Positions 50,483 through 55,634 of a DNA stretch of 55,634 nucleotides are shown piece by piece (position 1 is the stretch's first letter; each line of letters starts with the position of its first letter). The notes beneath the pieces were generated by a model. The model saw only the letters and a program-made list of their open reading frames with translations. It was not told the origin of the DNA and did no database searches. Origin of the DNA: a virus; IMG/VR virus record IMGVR_UViG_3300038317_000068, one strand, 5' to 3'. The position numbers and the translations under genes are program-made.

Positions 50483-50711
50483 TTTGTATCAACTCCTTGT
50501 CAATCCTTGCCTTATCAAATCCTTTAATAACTGTGTTACCTTTTACCGTTACTGGGATTGATAGTACATTCATTTTAATTAAATCATCTTTTGCCGCTTC
50601 ATCTTGGTCAACATTCTTTTCGATAAAGCTAATACCCTTCTGGGTAAGATACTTTTTAAGCATCTTGCAGATAGGGCATGTGGTTGAACCATATACTTTT
50701 ATTTCATTCAT
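50475..50711 (-). CDS. nrdH: NrdH/glutaredoxin-like redoxin (78 aa)
   Basis: YGSTTCPICKMLKKYL (CxxC); thioredoxin-fold length. Confidence 0.85.
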   Translation of the reverse strand: MNEIKVYGSTTCPICKMLKKYLTQKGISFIEKNVDQDEAAKDDLIKMNVLSIPVTVKGNTVIKGFDKARIDKELIQNA

Positions 50712-50722
50712 ATTGCCACCTC

Positions 50723-51325
50723 CTAAATAACACCAGCCAACTTCACAGCAATTCTTTTCTTAAGGTATCCAACCCCTGCACTGGTCATTCCTAACATATC
50801 AGCAATCTCGGTATTTTTTAAAGCATGTGGTTCCTGCATTATTATTTTACAGCAAGCCATTTCTGATTCTGTAAGTTGTGCACTACATAACAAACTACTC
50901 ATTTCAATATCTTGATATTGTAGGCACTCAACTTCATCATTTTCCTTGGTTGCTATTATTTCCTCATAACTGTCAGCCGCATTGTTGGCACTTCTTTTAT
51001 CGTGTTGAAGTTGTTGTGTTTCTGTTCTTAATCTGTTATTTACATAAATACTGATTAAAGTTTGCACCTTTGCCCCTTTGTCTGGGTTATAATGCAACAT
51101 GGCTCTGTCAACTTCCTCCAGCATGAAACTTTCCTTATCTTCTTCAGTTAAACCCCAGTATTTATTCGTCTGAGTTTTAAGGTAATGTTCCAATCTACAA
51201 ACTACATAAGCAAGTTTTGCAGGGCTTTTATCCTGTTGGTAATTTTCAGCCACCTCAGATAAATCGTCAGAACCGATATAAAGATTTGCAAGTGTTTTAA
51301 GATTTGAAAAAGTATTGTTGTTCAT
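50723..51325 (-). CDS. Phage-encoded sigma-70-family sigma factor (200 aa)
   Basis: Region 2-like AMLHYNPDKGAKVQTLISIYVNNRLRTE; region 4 HTH LTESEMACCKII...NTEIADMLGMTSAGVGYLKKRIAVKL; transcribed from a class I promoter. Confidence 0.8.
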   Translation of the reverse strand: MNNNTFSNLKTLANLYIGSDDLSEVAENYQQDKSPAKLAYVVCRLEHYLKTQTNKYWGLTEEDKESFMLEEVDRAMLHYNPDKGAKVQTLISIYVNNRLRTETQQLQHDKRSANNAADSYEEIIATKENDEVECLQYQDIEMSSLLCSAQLTESEMACCKIIMQEPHALKNTEIADMLGMTSAGVGYLKKRIAVKLAGVI

Positions 51326-51417
51326 AAAAGAACCCCCCATTTTAAAAATTTTTTAAAAGTGTGTATAAGGTTTTACTTTGTTGGCAATAATATTAAGTTA
51401 CCCTTATTACAATATAT

Positions 51418-51446
51418 ATTATATAATAATATATTGAATTGTGCAA
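51418..51446 (-). promoter_or_regulatory. Class I promoter (drives the sigma factor and nrd operon)
   Basis: Minus strand: TTGCAC-N17-TATAAT. Confidence 0.75.
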
Positions 51447-51461
51447 CCCATTTTTTAAAAT

Positions 51462-52469
51462 TTATAATACTTTTTTTATTGCCTCAAATTGTTCCCATGT
51501 TAAATCATTAAGGTCTTTCTTATTGTCAATCATCCACTGTGGATAATCCAGCCTGTATATTAATTTATGAGGGCTTAACCTTTTTACCAGTTTATCAGTT
51601 CCCTTAAACCCTGCCTCATCTGGGTCAAGACCTGTAATAAGTGTTCTTACTGGTAACTCACTCAATAATTTATATTGATTTTCTGCACCTGTGCCCAGTA
51701 ATGCCACCGCTGGTCTTTTATGCACCCAGCAAGTTAAACAGTTGATAATACTTTCTGTGATTATTACTTCCTTTATTCTGTCAATGTTTTGGTAAATCTT
51801 ATCTATGCCATAAAGTGTCTGGCTTTTTACCGTTTCCTCAATGGCATTAAAAAACTTGCTTGCAACACTCCTTCGATAAATAAATAATACATTACCAGCT
51901 TTATCACACACTGGAAAAGTTAAGCAGTTAGTTTCGGGGTCATAACCAATATCAAACCATTCAATAATCGGGTCAGTAAGTTTTCTTTCATACATATAAG
52001 GATGAATGTTTCGATATTTATCCAATTCTTCCTCAGTAATAAAAGTCGGGGGTTGAACTTGCTTAACCTTTGCGTCCCTGCTAAAATTTAAGTTTAAAGG
52101 TTTTCGCTCTTCAACTTGTACCGTTACAAAGTTTTTCATCAACCACTTGTAACCAAACACTCCACCGTCTAAATTATGACCGAAACAATCGGATACAAAC
52201 TCTGGAAGACTTGTAGTATAGCCGCAAGTAAAACAATGAACTGTCCCTGCTGGGTAAAATTTACCGTTTCTATACTTGTCAACTGTACTTATGCCGCAAC
52301 TGGGTTTCCTTTCATGCCCCCCTCCATGTGCAATACAAGTAAATTGTATATCCTTATTCGATGGCTTTATATCATCAAGTAAAAATATCTTGTTAAGTGC
52401 AAGCTGGTTTTTTATTTCATATATTACAGTCTGCATATCCGTCAGTATAGGCACACCGTTTATATCCAT
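51462..52469 (-). CDS. dnaG: DNA primase (CHC2 zinc finger + TOPRIM, 335 aa)
   Basis: CIAHGGGHERKPSC...HCFTCGY; TOPRIM EVIITESIINCL and GLDPDEAGFKG. Confidence 0.85.
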   Translation of the reverse strand: MDINGVPILTDMQTVIYEIKNQLALNKIFLLDDIKPSNKDIQFTCIAHGGGHERKPSCGISTVDKYRNGKFYPAGTVHCFTCGYTTSLPEFVSDCFGHNLDGGVFGYKWLMKNFVTVQVEERKPLNLNFSRDAKVKQVQPPTFITEEELDKYRNIHPYMYERKLTDPIIEWFDIGYDPETNCLTFPVCDKAGNVLFIYRRSVASKFFNAIEETVKSQTLYGIDKIYQNIDRIKEVIITESIINCLTCWVHKRPAVALLGTGAENQYKLLSELPVRTLITGLDPDEAGFKGTDKLVKRLSPHKLIYRLDYPQWMIDNKKDLNDLTWEQFEAIKKVL

Positions 52470-52490
52470 ATTTTCGCCTCCTTTATATGG

Positions 52491-52529
52491 TTACACTAAA
52501 TATATAGTAAAAAGTTTCTTTTCTTAAAG
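52491..52529 (-). promoter_or_regulatory. Class II phage promoter
   Basis: Minus strand: TACTTTAA-N17-TATATATTTAGTGTAA. Confidence 0.7.
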
Positions 52530-52540
52530 TAAAAAACATA

Positions 52541-52572
52541 AAAAAAATAAGGGGCTTTTTACAGCCCCTCAT
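52541..52572 (-). terminator. Rho-independent terminator
   Basis: Minus strand: AGGGGCT-GTAAAA-AGCCCCT followed by TATTTTTTTT. Confidence 0.8.
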
Positions 52573-52583
52573 CTTTGTTTTGC

Positions 52584-53093
52584 TTACCAGTTACCTCTCA
52601 CAGATGGGCTTGTCGAACTTACCTTAACACCAGTATCAACAAATCCATACTCCCATGTCGGGTCTGGGTCGCCATTTACATAATCACAGTATCCATGAAT
52701 ATAACAATATTCCTTATGGCTTGAGCCACATGTGCAATCATCAGCAACTAACACATATCCAGCCCTTGCCGCATAAAGTGTCGTTATAAGGCTACCACTT
52801 GAATTATAAACATTTGTATCTCTCTTTACATTAAGCTTTGAATATCCGTCGATTGTTCCTGCTGGCAATTCGTTAAACTGCACAAACCCATAAGTGAAGT
52901 CAAATTCATTTACATAACCGAACCTTGGAAAATACATTAATGGGTCTTTGAAATAAATTGTGTGCCAGTTATCTTGATAGTTGTCAACAAAAATATAAAT
53001 TTCTTTGCTATATAACTGCCCGATAACATTGCCCCAGACGCCGTCATAAACATTGATTGAGTGCCCCGAGTTATTAACACACCAATTCGCCAT
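52584..53093 (-). CDS. Aromatic/Cys-rich protein of unknown function (169 aa); stand-alone transcription unit
   Basis: Start MANWCVNN follows GGAGG; own class II promoter and terminator. Confidence 0.6.
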   Translation of the reverse strand: MANWCVNNSGHSINVYDGVWGNVIGQLYSKEIYIFVDNYQDNWHTIYFKDPLMYFPRFGYVNEFDFTYGFVQFNELPAGTIDGYSKLNVKRDTNVYNSSGSLITTLYAARAGYVLVADDCTCGSSHKEYCYIHGYCDYVNGDPDPTWEYGFVDTGVKVSSTSPSVRGNW

Positions 53094-53134
53094 TAAAACA
53101 ACCTCCATATAATTTATTTATAAGGGCTTTACCC

Positions 53135-53173
53135 TTACACTAAATATATATTTTCGTCAGTGGATTATTAAAG
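53135..53173 (-). promoter_or_regulatory. Class II phage promoter (no hairpin around the -35 box)
   Basis: Minus strand: TACTTTAA-N17-TATATATTTAGTGTAA. Confidence 0.7.
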
Positions 53174-53211
53174 TACCTATATAAAAAATTTTAAGAGGGC
53201 TTTTATACCCC

Positions 53212-54525
53212 TTAAAATACCTCTGTGCCATTTACCGCAAACTCGCCCTCACTTGCCGCCTGTACTGGTTGTTCGCTGTGTGTTGGCAACATATTAATTT
53301 TCTTAAAGTACCCTTTGTCTATATCCCAGAAGTAAAGAAATTCCTTATTATTTAAGCCATACCTGTTCTTCTTAACTGTAACCTTAAGCCCTGCCGCACT
53401 TTGTTTAATACTTATTACTCTTGAACTGTTCTGCCCTATTGCATCGGCTTCCTGTATTTCGTCAAGTTCTGGGGTATCTGCTTCAGTATCACCCTTTTTC
53501 TTTTCACTCGCCTTTCTGTTTGCCTGTGCATCTGCAATAATAGGCTTACTATATTTTTCACTCGAATTATATAAATCTTCGCTTATATGTGCCAACTTAA
53601 TTCTTGTCGGGTCACCCTTTTCCGCCCTTGCATCATTCATAAGTGAAAACTGGTCAATGCCTATAATATCGGGCTTATACTTTTCAATCAAACCATTAAG
53701 CACTGGCACAGTCATTCGCTTACCACCTAAATCCTTCGGGGTTACTACCATAAAAGGAACAGTCTTTTCACTTAATTCATGCAACCAACTTGAATAATCC
53801 TCTGGGGTTAAACTGCCGAGTTCTTTGCCACCAGTTAAAAGGGATAAATTACTAAAGTGCTTTGCAAGTGTATCAAATCTAAATCCTATCATCAAGGCAC
53901 TCATTTCACCGCTGTATAATAGCACCCTTTTTCCTGCCAGCCATGCAGTACAAAGAAAATATAATAATATCCATGTTTTACCTTCATTGGTTCGCCCTAC
54001 AATGGTAATTAAATCTTCACCAGCAAGCCAGCCATGAGTTACTTCATCAAGGTCATCAAGCCCACTGCTTATCCCCAGCAACCCCTTACAATCTTGTCGT
54101 TCTTTATAACTTTGCAACCTATCCAGTGCATTCCTTACAAGGTCATATCCTTCATTAAATCCTGTCTGCATGGTTGCCAGTTCTTGAATTTTAGGTAACA
54201 AGTATTCAATCGCTTGATTTGTATCTGTTTGCACCAATTCCGCAACTTTATTCAATATTGGTACAAGTTTGCTGTATAAATGTTCTTCCTGTATCTTTTC
54301 AACAAGATACTTATCACTTTCGGCAACATCCAGAAATTCGAATTCGGGAAACTTGTCTGCCATAGTTTCGACGTCTGGCACATTGCCATATTTATTATAA
54401 TGGTCGATAATATATTTATATTCATCTGGATAACTTATAAAATAATCAGTATCGAGATTATTTTGTGTTAAAATATTAAGGCTTTGCTGTTTTATTACTT
54501 TGTTGAGGATTTGCAATTCGACCAT
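53212..54525 (-). CDS. dnaB: Replicative DNA helicase (DnaB family, 437 aa)
   Basis: GISSGLDDLDEVTHGWLAGEDLITIVGRTNEGKTW (Walker A); IIGIDQFSLM (Walker B); ends VNGTEVF. Confidence 0.9.
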   Translation of the reverse strand: MVELQILNKVIKQQSLNILTQNNLDTDYFISYPDEYKYIIDHYNKYGNVPDVETMADKFPEFEFLDVAESDKYLVEKIQEEHLYSKLVPILNKVAELVQTDTNQAIEYLLPKIQELATMQTGFNEGYDLVRNALDRLQSYKERQDCKGLLGISSGLDDLDEVTHGWLAGEDLITIVGRTNEGKTWILLYFLCTAWLAGKRVLLYSGEMSALMIGFRFDTLAKHFSNLSLLTGGKELGSLTPEDYSSWLHELSEKTVPFMVVTPKDLGGKRMTVPVLNGLIEKYKPDIIGIDQFSLMNDARAEKGDPTRIKLAHISEDLYNSSEKYSKPIIADAQANRKASEKKKGDTEADTPELDEIQEADAIGQNSSRVISIKQSAAGLKVTVKKNRYGLNNKEFLYFWDIDKGYFKKINMLPTHSEQPVQAASEGEFAVNGTEVF

Positions 54526-55223
54526 ATTCTTTTCCCCCTCTCATCTGGTCCTGTTATTTCAATAACTTCACTATCAAGTATCCTGCTTGTAAACCTTTGT
54601 CCTAAATTATTCATCATTTCTTCTTTATTTGCATTACTGGTAAAAATGTTCGCCCTTTTGTTTGCCAACCTGTAATCTAAAATATCCATAAGCAAATCAT
54701 ATTCATATTTTGATAAATCATTTGCACCAACATCATCCCATATTACAAGGTCGCTTTCCCTTAAGTTTTCAATAAGGTCATCAAGTTCTGGGTCTTTTAC
54801 ACTTATTGCTCGCTTGTTCCTTATTATAAATGAAATTACATTTATAAATACACCCCTACATCTAAATCCATTTCCATTCAGCAACTTTGTAAAATAATTA
54901 AGCATAATTTTTATCGCCCATGTGGTTTTTCCATTGCCGCATTGTGCACTATGAATTAATAAATTATAGCCGCCATCTACCCAGCTATATATATTATCCT
55001 TAATTTCTGCCAGCCTTTTAAATGCCGTCATGTCTGCTTCTATGGGTACAAGTTTTAAATTGTCGGGCTGTTGCATTGCTTTCGGTATCTGGCTTGTATA
55101 ACACAGATAATCCATTACCATATAATTAATACAACCCCTATAACATTCTTCGGGGTTATTATAATTCGGACACTTGCTTCGAAACCAGCAAGCATTTTTA
55201 TCGAAATTATAATTGTATGCCAT
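54495..55223 (-). CDS. dnaC: DnaC/IstB-like AAA+ helicase loader (242 aa)
   Basis: IHSAQCGNGKTTWAI (Walker A); LVIWDDVG (Walker B); located between the initiator and the helicase. Confidence 0.8.
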   Translation of the reverse strand: MAYNYNFDKNACWFRSKCPNYNNPEECYRGCINYMVMDYLCYTSQIPKAMQQPDNLKLVPIEADMTAFKRLAEIKDNIYSWVDGGYNLLIHSAQCGNGKTTWAIKIMLNYFTKLLNGNGFRCRGVFINVISFIIRNKRAISVKDPELDDLIENLRESDLVIWDDVGANDLSKYEYDLLMDILDYRLANKRANIFTSNANKEEMMNNLGQRFTSRILDSEVIEITGPDERGKRIWSNCKSSTK

Positions 55224-55250
55224 AAGTGTTCCTCCTTCTTATAAAATTAC

Positions 55251-55289
55251 CTACAATAAATATATAAGAAAATGGGGCACTCCTTAAAG
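55251..55289 (-). promoter_or_regulatory. Class II phage promoter (slightly degenerate downstream box)
   Basis: Minus strand: CACTTTAA-N17-TATATATTTATTGTAG. Confidence 0.65.
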
Positions 55290-55302
55290 TGCCCCAGCAA
55301 GT

Positions 55303-55634
55303 TTAGAAAACAACATCGCTCTTTTTCGAAGTTTCCTGTATTTTATGCAACCTGTTAAGGTCATCATAATCAATGCCTTCCATCTCTTGAGTCTTGCTTA
55401 CTTGTTTTGCTGGCATTGGTTGATTTAAATATCTGTCGAAATTACTTACCCTAAATAATGTCTCTGGGTTCAAGTATTGTCGCATTTTCTTATCGTCTTT
55501 CCATTCTGCAACCTTTACATCTATAACATATTTAAAGTTATCAAGTTTGTATCCTTCTTTTAATCTACCTGTAATTTCCTTTACATAACTTCGAGTTGTT
55601 GGCTTAAAGTGTGTGTCAGCTTTTACATTCAGAT
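55303..55634 (-). CDS. C-terminal part of the DnaD-like replication organizer that starts at 666 (conserved phage C-terminal domain)
   Basis: TVNAVIDYLNVKADTHFKPTTRSYVKEITGRLKEGYKLDNFKYVIDVKVAEWKDDKKMRQYLNPETLFRVSNFDRYLNQ is the typical phage replisome-organizer C-terminal domain. It is in frame with 1..666 across the overlap. TAA stop at 55303-55305. Confidence 0.85.
   Translation of the reverse strand, partial: LNVKADTHFKPTTRSYVKEITGRLKEGYKLDNFKYVIDVKVAEWKDDKKMRQYLNPETLFRVSNFDRYLNQPMPAKQVSKTQEMEGIDYDDLNRLHKIQETSKKSDVVF
55537..55634. repeat. Right copy of the exact 98-bp terminal direct repeat
   Basis: Identical to bases 1-98. Confidence 0.97.

Noticed and set aside
73-54675. All plus-strand ORFs in the six-frame track (for example 73..270, 2494..2901, 4514..5203, 14731..15048, 28956..29360, 42385..42750, 50404..50730)
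   Set aside because: Each lies antisense to a minus-strand gene with clear homology or strong RBS context. Their products are low-complexity Leu/Phe/Ser/Cys-rich strings typical of the reverse frames of AT-rich coding DNA. None has a Shine-Dalgarno sequence or promoter in the right place.

Overview
The window is a complete, circularly closed genome of an AT-rich tailed dsDNA phage. Bases 1-98 are identical to 55537-55634, so the unique length is 55,536 bp. The tail is non-contractile (siphovirus-like): tape measure, Dit and Tal are present and there is no sheath gene. The host is probably a Gram-positive strict anaerobe (Bacillota/Clostridia-like). This rests on the GH25+SH3+LysM endolysin, an XhlA-like lysis protein, anaerobic NrdD/NrdG/NrdH, ThyX, and GGAGG-type RBSs. 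Every credible gene is on the minus strand; all plus-strand ORFs in the track look like antisense artefacts. No integrase, repressor, tRNA or CRISPR was seen.

Gene order on the minus strand, reading from 1584 downward and across the junction:
- Replication initiation: DnaD-like organizer with internal iterons, a DnaC-like loader, DnaB and a primase.
- A phage sigma factor followed by NrdH/NrdD/NrdG.
- A gp32-like SSB.
- PolA, an amino-methyltransferase and a DcyD/ACC-deaminase-like PLP enzyme, all translationally coupled.
- Beta clamp, Cas4-like nuclease, RecU-like resolvase, dUTPase, ThyX and a RecA-like recombinase.
- A frameshifted MazF, then the clamp loader DnaX/HolB/HolA.
- A late-regulator module (HD hydrolase and a sigma-region-4-like protein).
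- Terminase, portal, a MuF-ADP-ribosyltransferase fusion, then head, tail and lysis genes.
- An early SNF2 helicase block.

Most interesting observations:
1. Three rigidly conserved promoter classes with fixed 17-nt spacers (7, 13 and 2 copies). They suggest a three-tier transcription cascade.
2. An N-terminal QxTLF clamp-binding-like peptide on PolA, the methyltransferase, the PLP enzyme and a LigA-Ia-like protein. This points to a clamp-tethered, co-replicative DNA-modification module of unknown chemistry.
3. A shared VNG[ST][DE]VF-COOH tail on the helicase and SSB, with a related tail on the initiator.
4. A complete bacterial-type clamp and clamp loader paired with a family-A polymerase.

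All homology calls come from motif recognition by eye, not from database searches.
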